Part shown: positions 1-8,882 of the stretch, piece after piece
Layout of the letters: each line of letters begins with the position of its first letter
Numbering within the stretch: position 1 is the stretch's first letter
Assembly (NCBI GenBank): GCA_030606485.1
Contig: JAUWGH010000011.1
Location: forward strand, 1 to 32,000
Length of the DNA stretch: 32,000 bases
Reading direction: 5' to 3'
DNA from: Promethearchaeota archaeon
Lineage (GTDB): Archaea; Asgardarchaeota; Lokiarchaeia; Sigyniarchaeales; SOKP01
Made by a program: the position numbers and the translations under genes
The notes under the pieces: generated by a model
What the model was told of the DNA's origin: nothing
What the model saw: only the letters and a program-made list of their open reading frames with translations
Database searches by the model: none

Positions 1-552
1 GATGATTTCTTTTATACACTCTATGATATATCAAATGAGCAATGGATTGGTGATCCAAATGGAATATTACTTGAAAATGGATATGCTACAATTGAATTAG
101 AGAATGCATTCTATTTAATTACTGTGTTTGTGAATGATACAGAAGGAAATGTTAATAGTACTTTTGTTTATTTTACAGTTGCAATTGATGCAATGATTAT
201 TACTCCTCCTCCAGAATTTTGGTGGATAGTTGGTATTTGTTCTACAATTGGAGCTGGTGCTATGGTTTCGGTAGTGGTAATTAAAAGGAGAAAATCCAAG
301 GCTCAAAAGTATCATCATGATAAAATATTTAAAAAACAAAAAGGTGGCATCTTGATATTTCAAGATAAGTTAGAGAAATTAGAGAAAGATTTAGAAGAAA
401 AATTAGTGGGTCTTAAAGCACCACCTCCACCACCCAGAAGGGACTTAAATAAGAAAAACCTTAAAGATACAGTTCTACCAAAAGAACTTAACTCAGAGAT
501 TTCAGAAAAGTCAGTTAATCAAGAAATAAAAAAAGATGAATTAGAAGAGTAA
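1..552 (+). CDS. C-terminal part of a single-pass surface/membrane protein (Ig-like beta-rich ectodomain end, TM helix, charged cytoplasmic tail with APPPPPRR); 5'-truncated by the window
   Basis: Frame +1 is open from base 1 (DDFFYTLYDISNEQWIGDPNGILLENGYATIELENAFYLITVFVNDTEGNVNSTFVYFTV), so GTG 124 is not the true start. NDT and NST sequons precede the TM segment FWWIVGICSTIGAGAMVSVVVI, which is followed by the basic stop-transfer KRRKSK. Confidence 0.8.
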   Translation, partial: DDFFYTLYDISNEQWIGDPNGILLENGYATIELENAFYLITVFVNDTEGNVNSTFVYFTVAIDAMIITPPPEFWWIVGICSTIGAGAMVSVVVIKRRKSKAQKYHHDKIFKKQKGGILIFQDKLEKLEKDLEEKLVGLKAPPPPPRRDLNKKNLKDTVLPKELNSEISEKSVNQEIKKDELEE

Positions 553-687
553 AAGGATAATTGAATATTTTTTTTTTAAACTTAAATCTTTAAAATAAAG
601 ATTCAAAAGGCAATAATTTATTTTTCGTCAATATGTTGTTTTAAAAGAAAAGCAAAAAGTAAAAAATAGTAAATGTTAGCATAATAT

Positions 688-1380
688 ATGGAATTAAAGA
701 AAGCAGATATTACTTTTTTGATTCTTATCATTATTATTACTATTTTTTCTATTGATTTAATTTTCTTTCCAGAACATAGAGAATTGATTGAAAATATTTC
801 AAGTACGGAACCTTTTCAGAATATGGAATCCGCTCTAATTATAACTTTTGTAGTTTGTTTGATTGGAAACCTCTTACCTGTTCCAACGCCATATACATGG
901 GTTGTTTGCTATGGAAGTGCTCCTTTTATCGGGTTAAATCTTTTTATCCCTATTTTAGTTGGAATTATTGCATCTCTTGGTTGTTTAGTGGGAGAAATGG
1001 GGGGTTATTTAGTAGGACGTGGAACTGCTGAATTTATTGATATAGAAAGCAAGGAAACTTTAACAGGATTAAGAAAGTATTTAGTAGATCATCCAAAAGC
1101 AGCACCACTTATGATATTTTTATTTGGACTCACACCACTTAATGATGATATACTGATCGTTCCATTAGGTTTAATAAAATATTCCGCCAAAAAGACAATA
1201 TTTTTCTGTTGGTTAGGTAAATTAGGATTGATGTTAATATTTGCATATGATCCTTTTAGTATATGTGGATTTTTGGGAGGAGAAAATTGGATTCTTAGCA
1301 TTTTAAGCTTGTACGGGATAATAATTGTAGTATATCTCCTAATAAGGGTAAACATTTTTAAGATATTAAAGAAAAAATAA
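688..1380 (+). CDS. DedA/VTT-domain (SNARE-associated Golgi protein-like) membrane protein
   Basis: Hydrophobic protein with DedA-type motifs GNLLPVPTPY, GEMGGYLVGRG and FGLTPLNDDILIVPLGLIKY. Confidence 0.75.
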   Translation: MELKKADITFLILIIIITIFSIDLIFFPEHRELIENISSTEPFQNMESALIITFVVCLIGNLLPVPTPYTWVVCYGSAPFIGLNLFIPILVGIIASLGCLVGEMGGYLVGRGTAEFIDIESKETLTGLRKYLVDHPKAAPLMIFLFGLTPLNDDILIVPLGLIKYSAKKTIFFCWLGKLGLMLIFAYDPFSICGFLGGENWILSILSLYGIIIVVYLLIRVNIFKILKKK

Positions 1381-1741
1381 AAAAAATTGAATTTAGAGAA
1401 TTTTATTTCAAAATTGATTAAAATTATCAATTTCTCTTTATATTTTTTTATTAAAATCAGTAAAAATTTTTAATAACTATGATCGTATATAATAAAATGA
1501 TGGGTTTTAATTTTCAAAAGGAATTATGGAAATCCATAAAGATTACAAAAATGATCACTATTTTTTTAAATCTGCATGAAATAGCTCATCGTATTTATCA
1601 CTTTTATATCTGCTCTTGATTTTAGTAAGAAATCCCAGAATAATGGGAAGATTTTAAAAATCAGTTTAATAATAATATGAAAAGAGTCATAAGGTTTAAA
1701 TATTAATTTATAAATTAATTTGTTATTTATTTAAATAGTTA

Positions 1742-1777
1742 TTTATATAAAAATAGATAAAAAAATCAAGGTGAAAA
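1742..1777 (+). promoter_or_regulatory. TATA-like box (TTTATATA, 1742-1749) and Shine-Dalgarno (AAGGTGA) upstream of the small ORF at 1780
   Basis: Direct reading of atttatataa...aatcaaggtgaaaaaaATG. GGTGA is the archaeal SD core. Confidence 0.55.
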
Positions 1778-1779
1778 AA

Positions 1780-1920
1780 ATGGGAACAACAAGTATAGAT
1801 AAACCTGTATTTTATCCAAACTTTATAGAAAATTATGGAAAAATTAAGTTTGCAGAGAATGATAATTTTTGGGTAAATGATTTTTATGATTCCTTTGTAA
1901 AATATTTTTTTAAGGAGTAA
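1780..1920 (+). CDS. Small hypothetical protein, 46 aa (MGTTSIDKPVFYPNFIENYGKIKFAENDNFWVNDFYDSFVKYFFKE)
   Basis: Manually translated from ATG 1780 to TAA 1918-1920. It has a strong SD and a TATA box upstream and falls below the ORF-track length cutoff. Confidence 0.6.
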   Translation: MGTTSIDKPVFYPNFIENYGKIKFAENDNFWVNDFYDSFVKYFFKE

Positions 1921-2043
1921 GTAAGTGAGATAATAATTTTTTTTTAATTTTTTTCTTCTAAAATTATAATGAAATTGTTTTTAAGTAGATAAATCTATTT
2001 ATTAAATAATTCGGAGAAAATTTCATTATAAACGATTACATTA

Positions 2044-2556
2044 ATGAATCTGAAATCCTTAGATGTAGCAATGGCTGCCATAACTGCTGCCTTATATATT
2101 GTTTTAGGCTATTTATTTCAGCCAATTTCATTTTTTGAAATTCAATTTAGAGTAGCTGAAGTTATGGTTGGGATGTGCATTTTATTTCCGATACCGGGGC
2201 TAATTGGCAAAATTATTGGTGTGTTTTTTGTCAATATGACTTCTCCTTTTGTACCCCTTGATTTTATAAGTTGTATTGTGAATATTCCTGCTTTATATTG
2301 CATTATTTTATTTAAAAAACTTGGGAAAGAGGGAAAGCTGATACGATATATTGGTGGAATATTTTATGCTTTAATCATTTCATGTTATGTGGCGTGGCTT
2401 ATAGGATATTGGTTCAGTCTACCTAGTGAGCTTTTCCCTCTGAATTTTTTATATGTATTCATATCCGAAGTAATATTAGCAACGTTGGGCATATACATTT
2501 TTTCAATTATTGAAAAAAGAGTAGATTTTCAAAGATATGAACCTTCTCAAGATTAA
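2044..2556 (+). CDS. queT: QueT-family (queuosine-precursor) ECF transporter S component
   Basis: N-terminal AAITAALYIVLGYLFQPISFFEIQFRVAEVM matches the QueT signature (AALY...PISF..IQFRVAE). The protein is about 170 aa with multiple TM helices. Confidence 0.8.
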   Translation: MNLKSLDVAMAAITAALYIVLGYLFQPISFFEIQFRVAEVMVGMCILFPIPGLIGKIIGVFFVNMTSPFVPLDFISCIVNIPALYCIILFKKLGKEGKLIRYIGGIFYALIISCYVAWLIGYWFSLPSELFPLNFLYVFISEVILATLGIYIFSIIEKRVDFQRYEPSQD

Positions 2557-2559
2557 TAT

Positions 2560-3657
2560 TTAAATGAAGACCTCATTAACAATATCTTCAATAGGTTTGA
2601 ATATATTCAAATTGCCATCCCATGTTTTTAAAATGTTAAAAAATATTTTTTCGATTCTTTGGACAAAGTTTTTTAAAGTAATTCGAATTGATTCAAGATC
2701 TTCTTCACAAACTAGCACTCCAATAATATATTTTCCCGGCTGGAATATCATGGTCTTTCCTTCTTTTTCAATAATAGAGATATCCTTTTTATCAGTGATT
2801 GATTCTAATATGATTTGAACACTTGATAAAGCCCCCGAAGCTACAATTTCATCAAAAGATTTCCTTTTTTCTCGAAAGTGTTTAGTATATAGACAGAGTC
2901 CAGATTGCATAATTATATAAATAGAATCTATTTTTTCTTTCCAAAAGTATTCAGTTATTGATGATATAGAGAGAAAATATAGAGAAAGTAATACCAACCC
3001 GATTATTTGAAAGACAGCACCTATTAATCTACCAACCAAACCAAATAGATTTACTATTACATCCGTGGTTAATGCATAGCCAATATTGAGGAAAATAAAT
3101 CCACTAAATAATTCAAATAAATGCCATTTGAAGTTTTTCAATACCTTTTTTAATTCCTTACTAGTACTAACTTTTATCAAATAATGGAAGAAAAATACAA
3201 AATATATCATCCAAGAGAAAAAAAATGAGAATGTTTTTGTAAATACTGATTCAATAAAAAAACAGATAACAAAGAGAATCATAAATACTGTAAAAATAAA
3301 GGTAAATAGATATTTTTTAAAAAAGATTTGAAATTTTTCCATATTATAGATAAATAATAGTCCAGATATCATTTGTACAAAATAAGCAAAATTCAATAAT
3401 ATAAGTCGTATATGTAAATCTTCAACATAATAATCTGAAATAATATAAATTAACCACATAAGAGAATAGCCAAGACAAAACCAACTAAAAGCCTTCCATT
3501 GCAAATTAGATATTTCTTCTTTTTTATTTTTAGATTTAATCCAAAGAATAATACCAATTTCAAGAGCAAAAAAAATTACAATCTCTTCCATAATCAATAA
3601 AGGTTCTTGAAATGGCCCTTGTATCGGAAAATTAACTCCATTAAGCATAATTAACAT
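2560..3657 (-). CDS. 7TM membrane protein with C-terminal longin/roadblock-like cytoplasmic domain
   Basis: Seven hydrophobic segments lie in about the first 235 aa. The soluble tail IDSIYIIMQSGLCLYTKHF...SGALSSVQIILESI...IIEKEGKTMIFQPGKYIIGVLVCEE...LKNFVQRIEKIF...WDGNLNIFKP has the beta-beta-alpha-beta-beta-beta-alpha-alpha pattern of longin-like folds (by eye). Confidence 0.7.
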   Translation of the reverse strand: MLIMLNGVNFPIQGPFQEPLLIMEEIVIFFALEIGIILWIKSKNKKEEISNLQWKAFSWFCLGYSLMWLIYIISDYYVEDLHIRLILLNFAYFVQMISGLLFIYNMEKFQIFFKKYLFTFIFTVFMILFVICFFIESVFTKTFSFFFSWMIYFVFFFHYLIKVSTSKELKKVLKNFKWHLFELFSGFIFLNIGYALTTDVIVNLFGLVGRLIGAVFQIIGLVLLSLYFLSISSITEYFWKEKIDSIYIIMQSGLCLYTKHFREKRKSFDEIVASGALSSVQIILESITDKKDISIIEKEGKTMIFQPGKYIIGVLVCEEDLESIRITLKNFVQRIEKIFFNILKTWDGNLNIFKPIEDIVNEVFI

Positions 3658-3668
3658 TAAAATATGTT

Positions 3669-4820
3669 CTAATTCATTTTTAAAATATTTTTCATAATTG
3701 TATCAAAACTTGAAAATATCCTTTCTGTACTACTTCCATCTAGAAATTCTAAAATGGGAATTACATGTTTATACATCCATTGAAATTGATTTTTAATGGT
3801 TGTTAAAAAATATTTATTGCTATCCATTTCTCCTTTAACCAATAAAATAAAGAAAATATTAGAAATCGGCTCTTCTCCATATTCTAAAAGAATTGAAAAC
3901 CCGCCTTGTTTAATTTGTTTAATTTTCTTATCTTTTGTTTCTGCAACAGCAGTAAAGATTTCAATAATTCCAATCATTCCATGTGATATTAATTTTATAC
4001 TTTCATTAATATTTATGAGAGTTTTTTTTGAATTATCCATATCTTCTGTGTATGATGTGAAATTATATGAATATAGTTTTTTAAGTGTTTTTCGATTTAT
4101 AATAAAAAGGCTTATTAGATTTTGTTTCCAAAAAAATTCAAGAAAAACTGGAAATCTTAATGCTCCCAATAATAAAATTATTAATCCTAAACTTAGTGTG
4201 GTAATAAATGGTATAGCAATAATAGGGTTTTGTATTTGAGTTTCAAGATCACTTACTGGTATAAATCCAATAATTATCGCTGAAATAATTATTAATGCTC
4301 CTAAAAATATAAACCTCAATCTTTTTTTTATAATACCACTCGACAATCTAATTAGGTTAAGTTGGAAAATTAGAAAAAATAGAAAATCTATAGATATGAA
4401 AATAGTAGCAAAATGAAATTCAGTAGTTGCTGGATTAAATATAAAAATTGAAATAAATGGAAAAATATTCATAAATATCAATATTTTTGTTAATGTAGGG
4501 TTAATTATTTCTTTATACACTTTTGAGGAAATATGATATAGAATTAATACGCTTGCGATTAATACCAGTAAATAAACAATCCTTGCAAAAATATCTTTGA
4601 TAAAAATGTTAGTAATATAAAAATCGTTAATTATATCAAATAAACACCCGGTTATTGACAAGCCAAAAAATATTCCATAATATAGTAAAATCTTATTTAA
4701 TTCTATTTTTCTTTCTCGATGTCTATAATAATAATAAAGAAAATAGAAGGACATTTGATATCCAATAATAAATGATATAAAAATAAAGGGCAAATAAAAT
4801 GTTCTTAGTTCTACGGTCAT
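3669..4820 (-). CDS. 7TM membrane protein with C-terminal longin/roadblock-like domain (divergent paralog of 2560-3657)
   Basis: Seven hydrophobic segments are followed by LISLFIINRKTLKKLYSYNF...LISHGMIGIIEIF...IKQIKQGGFSILLEYG...IFFILLVKGEM...LTTIKNQFQWMY. The gene is co-oriented and 11 nt upstream of its paralog. Confidence 0.65.
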   Translation of the reverse strand: MTVELRTFYLPFIFISFIIGYQMSFYFLYYYYRHRERKIELNKILLYYGIFFGLSITGCLFDIINDFYITNIFIKDIFARIVYLLVLIASVLILYHISSKVYKEIINPTLTKILIFMNIFPFISIFIFNPATTEFHFATIFISIDFLFFLIFQLNLIRLSSGIIKKRLRFIFLGALIIISAIIIGFIPVSDLETQIQNPIIAIPFITTLSLGLIILLLGALRFPVFLEFFWKQNLISLFIINRKTLKKLYSYNFTSYTEDMDNSKKTLININESIKLISHGMIGIIEIFTAVAETKDKKIKQIKQGGFSILLEYGEEPISNIFFILLVKGEMDSNKYFLTTIKNQFQWMYKHVIPILEFLDGSSTERIFSSFDTIMKNILKMN

Positions 4821-4911
4821 AAACTCTGATTACTCGATTTTTTAAAAAATTATACTAATTATTTTATTATAAAACTAAAATTTTTTTAATCAAATTTGAA
4901 ATGGGCGTGAA

Positions 4912-4935
4912 TTCTAGATCTAATAAGATCTTGAA
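4912..4935. promoter_or_regulatory. Inverted repeat TTCTAGATCT-AATA-AGATCTTGAA in a divergent intergenic region; candidate operator
   Basis: The 10-bp arms match 9/10 across a 4-nt spacer, between the 7TM pair and the amidohydrolase. Confidence 0.3.
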
Positions 4936-5174
4936 ATTTTTTTTCTTATCCTTCTAGAGATATAAAACTACTATAGATAAATAAAATTAATTGAAAAATA
5001 AATAATTATTTAATTAACAATGAATATTAACTTTTTTCTATGCATAATATTTTATTATGAAATCCATTAAGTATAACTCAAAATTACAATTCGAATTTCA
5101 TTAGGTATATATATTGTAGAAAATATATTTATAAATTATAATTTTTGATAAGAAAAAATTTAGTGTTGGTAAAA

Positions 5175-6908
5175 ATGAGTAATAATAATTCTTTTGTAAA
5201 TTATGTTACTTTAGGTGGAATAATTCTTTTCTTTTTTACAGTATTAGTTGCATTATTTGCATGGATTACATATGGAACAATAGAAGGAGTGTTGGGATCA
5301 CTTGCATATATTATTGTAGGTGTGTTGAATATTTTTCCATGGATAATACCTTTTGCGGGAATTCCATTGGGGATTTTAGATATTCTTGGGTTTTTTGGAC
5401 AGGGGATGTATAGTTTAACATTAAATTTAGCGCATCTCAATCATAGTTGGATGCCTTTTTTATGGTATTGGGTTGTAGCTATTATTGCTAGTATAATCGA
5501 TATAGTATTTATGTTGCTCATAATTTCATGGCTAAGAGGATTAAAGTACAGAAAAAAAGAGCCAAAAACAAATATTGCGTTAATTAATTGTAATATTATC
5601 GATGGGAATCGCGATAGTGAAGTAATTAAAGATGGAGTAATTTTAATTAAAAATATTGTAAAAGAAAACGAAACGCCTGGTTTAATTGTAGGTGTTGGAA
5701 AAAAGGATGCAATTGAAATACCAGGGGATTATAAAAAGATAGATCTTAAAGATGCCTATGTGCTTCCTGGATTAATTAATGCCCATTGTCATTTATCTGG
5801 TAGTGGAAAACCAATGAAAATAATGAATCTTAGTGATAAAATGCTGAGTATTTTAATGAAACTATTTAAAACACCTTTAGGAAAGATTCTTCTTATTAAA
5901 ATGATGAAAAAAAATGTTTTAAACGCTTTAAATGCCGGTGTAACAACGCTTAGGTCATTAAGTGATCCTTTTTATTTAGATGTAAAATTAAGAAAGAAAA
6001 TTGAAAAGGGAAAATTTGTTGGGCCTAGATTAATTTGTGCTGGTCAAGGAATTTGTATTACTGGTGGTCATGGAGCTATAATGGGTTATGTTGCAGATTC
6101 AATACCTGAAATAAGGAAATGTATTAGAAAAAACCTTCGAAAAGAGGTTGATTGTATAAAAATCCTTTCAACTGGGGGTGTTATGGATGCTAGAAAAGTG
6201 GGAGAGGCTGGAAGACCTCAGATGACCGTCGAGGAAATTGAGACCGCTTGTTTTGAAGCTCACCGGGGAGGTTTATTAATCGCAACCCACTGTGAAAGTA
6301 CAGAAGGAATTAAAGAAGCTCTCTTAGGCGGTGTTGATACAATTGAACATGGAGCTGAAATCACAGACGAACTCGTACCATTATTTAAAAACAACCCAAA
6401 ATCTCTACGAGGGTATACAGCGTTAATACCCACCGTCATAGCAGGTATGGGGATGGCCACACTCCCGATTAAAGTAACAAAAATAACACAAGTGAAACAT
6501 GAAAATGCGAAGCTGATAGAAATAGGAATGATTAAAGGATTACAAAGAGCTTATAAGGAAGGTATAAAATTAGGCCTTGGAACGGATGCTTCAGTTCCTT
6601 ATTCTACTCATTATGAGGTTTGGAAAGAATTAAAACATTATCTTAAATATACAGATATGACATCCCAAGATGCGATATATTTTGCAACAAAAAATAACGC
6701 AGAAATAATCGGGATCGATGATATAACTGGTACTATAGAGACTGGAAAATCGGCAGACCTTCAAGTTGTTCCTGGGAATCCTCTTGAAAATATTGATTTT
6801 CTTGGAGAAGTTTTTAAAGTAATAATACAAGGGAATTTAATCAAAAACCCTAAAGTGAAAAAAATAAAGAAACTAAAGGAATTTGAACCAATAAAATTAT
6901 CCAGTTAA
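5175..6908 (+). CDS. Amidohydrolase-superfamily metallohydrolase (prolidase/carboxypeptidase-like subtype) with an N-terminal membrane domain
   Basis: Motifs VLPGLINAHCHL, AGVTTLRSL, GPRLICAG, TGGHG, IKILSTGGV, ATHCE, TIEHG, GTDA and GTIETGKSADL. About 120 hydrophobic residues precede the enzyme. ATG 5175 is preferred over the track start at 5145. Confidence 0.85.
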   Translation: MSNNNSFVNYVTLGGIILFFFTVLVALFAWITYGTIEGVLGSLAYIIVGVLNIFPWIIPFAGIPLGILDILGFFGQGMYSLTLNLAHLNHSWMPFLWYWVVAIIASIIDIVFMLLIISWLRGLKYRKKEPKTNIALINCNIIDGNRDSEVIKDGVILIKNIVKENETPGLIVGVGKKDAIEIPGDYKKIDLKDAYVLPGLINAHCHLSGSGKPMKIMNLSDKMLSILMKLFKTPLGKILLIKMMKKNVLNALNAGVTTLRSLSDPFYLDVKLRKKIEKGKFVGPRLICAGQGICITGGHGAIMGYVADSIPEIRKCIRKNLRKEVDCIKILSTGGVMDARKVGEAGRPQMTVEEIETACFEAHRGGLLIATHCESTEGIKEALLGGVDTIEHGAEITDELVPLFKNNPKSLRGYTALIPTVIAGMGMATLPIKVTKITQVKHENAKLIEIGMIKGLQRAYKEGIKLGLGTDASVPYSTHYEVWKELKHYLKYTDMTSQDAIYFATKNNAEIIGIDDITGTIETGKSADLQVVPGNPLENIDFLGEVFKVIIQGNLIKNPKVKKIKKLKEFEPIKLSS

Positions 6909-6969
6909 AAATTTCTTTTATTTATTTCTTTTTTATTATTTAAATTTTAATTTTAGTGTTTAAGAATTA

Positions 6970-7518
6970 TTATTCTCTCCATCTTTTAACATGTTCCCCA
7001 GAAACTCCTAATAAATCCATAAGTCTATTGATTGTATGTTCAATTAGATCATTAATAGTCTCTGGTTTTGTATAGAAAGCTGGCATTAAAGGAGCAATTA
7101 TCACTCCCAATTTGGCCAATTTACTCATATTTTCCAAATGGATTGGTGAGAGTGGAGATTCTCTTGGGCATAAGATTAACTTTCTTTTTTCCTTCATACA
7201 TACTTCAGCTGCTCTGATTATCAAATTATTTGCAATTCCGTTCGCAATTAAGCCCAAGGTCTTCATTGAACAAGGAATCACAATCATTGCATCAAAAAGG
7301 TGGGAACCACTGGCAATTGAAACATTATAATCATTGAATTCATATACCTTGCCGTACTTACTCAACTCAGCTAGGAAATACGGGTTCTCTTGCTTAATAA
7401 CCTCCTTTCCAACTTCAGAAACAATAATCTCAAGCTCTGCTTTTTTAAATAGTTTTTCAATAAACTTTTGAGCATATATAGCTCCAGATGCGCCAGTAAT
7501 TCCAACTATTACTCTCAT
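6970..7518 (-). CDS. ubiX: Flavin prenyltransferase UbiX
   Basis: VGITGASGAIY, SIASGS, PCSMKTLGLIANGIANNLIIRAAEVCMKEKRKLILCPRESPL and PAFYTKPETI are UbiX/Pad1 signatures. Confidence 0.93.
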   Translation of the reverse strand: MRVIVGITGASGAIYAQKFIEKLFKKAELEIIVSEVGKEVIKQENPYFLAELSKYGKVYEFNDYNVSIASGSHLFDAMIVIPCSMKTLGLIANGIANNLIIRAAEVCMKEKRKLILCPRESPLSPIHLENMSKLAKLGVIIAPLMPAFYTKPETINDLIEHTINRLMDLLGVSGEHVKRWRE

Positions 7519-7520
7519 TA

Positions 7521-8708
7521 CTAAATTATTTCCAATTTTTTCCCGATTCTTTCAATGGCACCTAATGCATTATCTAAATCTTCCTTTGAGAGCAATGCAT
7601 TCATCTGAACCCTTATTCTTGAGAGCTCTTTAGCAACCATGGGAAAGACGATTGGTGTTACGTAGATTGATTCCTCAGTAAATAACAACTCACCTAGTTT
7701 TTGGGCTTTACCTGGATCCCCTACAATTAATGGAATGATCGGAGTTTGTGAATTTCCTGTATTGAAACCCATTTTTTGAACCTCCTTCTTGAAATAATTT
7801 GTGTGATCCCATAATTTTTTTACATGCTCTGGTTCATTTTCAACTACATCAACTGCAGCAATGCAAGCTGCAACCAATCCGGGAGGATGAGCAGTACTAA
7901 GTAGATATGTCCTGCTTTTATTGGTAATATATTCTATCAAATCTTTTGAACCTGCTACTGTTCCACCAAAAACACCAAAACCTTTACTCATTGAACCGCC
8001 TTCAATATGTACTTTTCCTTGTAATTTAAAATGAGCAACTATTCCTCTTCCTTCTCCCAAAACACCTTCACCATGGCAGTCATCAACAAACACCATTGCC
8101 CCATATTCTTCTGCGAATTTTGAAATTTCGTCTAATGGTGCAATATCACCATCCATTGAAAACACTCCATCTGTGATAATAAGGATTCTTCTTGCTCCAC
8201 TTTTATCTGCCTCTTTTAATTGAACTCCTAAGTCAGCTACATCAGTATGTTTATACACTAACCTCTTAGCACTTGTTAATCTTACTCCATCAATTATCGA
8301 ACCATGATTTAATTGATCAGAAATTACAACATCCTCTTTTCCGATTAATTGAGGAATTACCCCTGAATTAACTGCATAACCCGTCTGACATAAAATTGAT
8401 GCTTCAACTTCTTTAAATTTAGCAAACTTTTCTTGAAACTCTCTTGTTAAATCAAACGTTCCCGCAATAACCGGTACTGCCCCTGCACCCGCACCATATT
8501 TATTAATTGCGTCAATTGAAGCCTGCACAACTTTCGGATGTGTCGCAAGACCAAGATAATTATTAGTGTTGAGCATTAATACCTGCTTACCATCTACAAC
8601 AGAGTGTGGTTTTGAAGAAGCTTCAAGATGCCTAATAACCCAATTTAAATTACTATCATATATATTTTTTATTTCCTCTTTAAGAAATGCTTCTGGTTCT
8701 CTTTTCAT
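7521..8708 (-). CDS. kbl: PLP-dependent alpha-oxoamine synthase, most likely 2-amino-3-ketobutyrate CoA ligase (glycine C-acetyltransferase)
   Basis: NNYLGLA, DQLNHGSIIDG, ITDGVFSMDGD, VDDCHGEG and GSMSKGFG (PLP Lys). The divergent threonine dehydrogenase gene supports Kbl over BioF. Confidence 0.85.
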   Translation of the reverse strand: MKREPEAFLKEEIKNIYDSNLNWVIRHLEASSKPHSVVDGKQVLMLNTNNYLGLATHPKVVQASIDAINKYGAGAGAVPVIAGTFDLTREFQEKFAKFKEVEASILCQTGYAVNSGVIPQLIGKEDVVISDQLNHGSIIDGVRLTSAKRLVYKHTDVADLGVQLKEADKSGARRILIITDGVFSMDGDIAPLDEISKFAEEYGAMVFVDDCHGEGVLGEGRGIVAHFKLQGKVHIEGGSMSKGFGVFGGTVAGSKDLIEYITNKSRTYLLSTAHPPGLVAACIAAVDVVENEPEHVKKLWDHTNYFKKEVQKMGFNTGNSQTPIIPLIVGDPGKAQKLGELLFTEESIYVTPIVFPMVAKELSRIRVQMNALLSKEDLDNALGAIERIGKKLEII

Positions 8709-8882
8709 TTAATCATCTTTTATTATTTTGATTTATATTTGTAAAAAAATCTATGTTTAAAACTAATTTTCTGAAAACATATAAGTTTTTCCAAAATTTA
8801 ATTCATTAATATTTCTAAAAAAATAAGTCATAAGACTTTTTTATTTGACTAACCTATGATTATTATCTAAATTTAATCCATT

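Noticed and set aside
688-1380. 'SNARE-associated' domain as evidence of vesicle machinery
   Set aside because: DedA/VTT proteins are universal in prokaryotes and the name is historical.
1497-1619. 40-codon ORF (MMGFNFQKELWKSIKITKM...) in the gap before the 46-aa ORF
   Set aside because: There is no SD and no recognisable motif, and an ORF of this length is expected by chance.
2560-4820. 7TM proteins as rhodopsins or true GPCR homologs
   Set aside because: No retinal-binding Lys is visible within helix 7 (no DxxxK or SxxxK motif) and no GPCR motifs such as DRY or NPxxY are present. Helix count alone is not homology.
7521-8708. Serine palmitoyltransferase or BioF call for the alpha-oxoamine synthase
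   Set aside because: The fold and motifs are shared across the family, but the adjacent threonine dehydrogenase makes Kbl the parsimonious assignment.
8825-8838. AAGTC-ATAA-GACTT palindrome in the kbl/tdh divergent promoter
   Set aside because: The 5-bp core arms with A/T-tract flanks are too likely by chance in this base composition.
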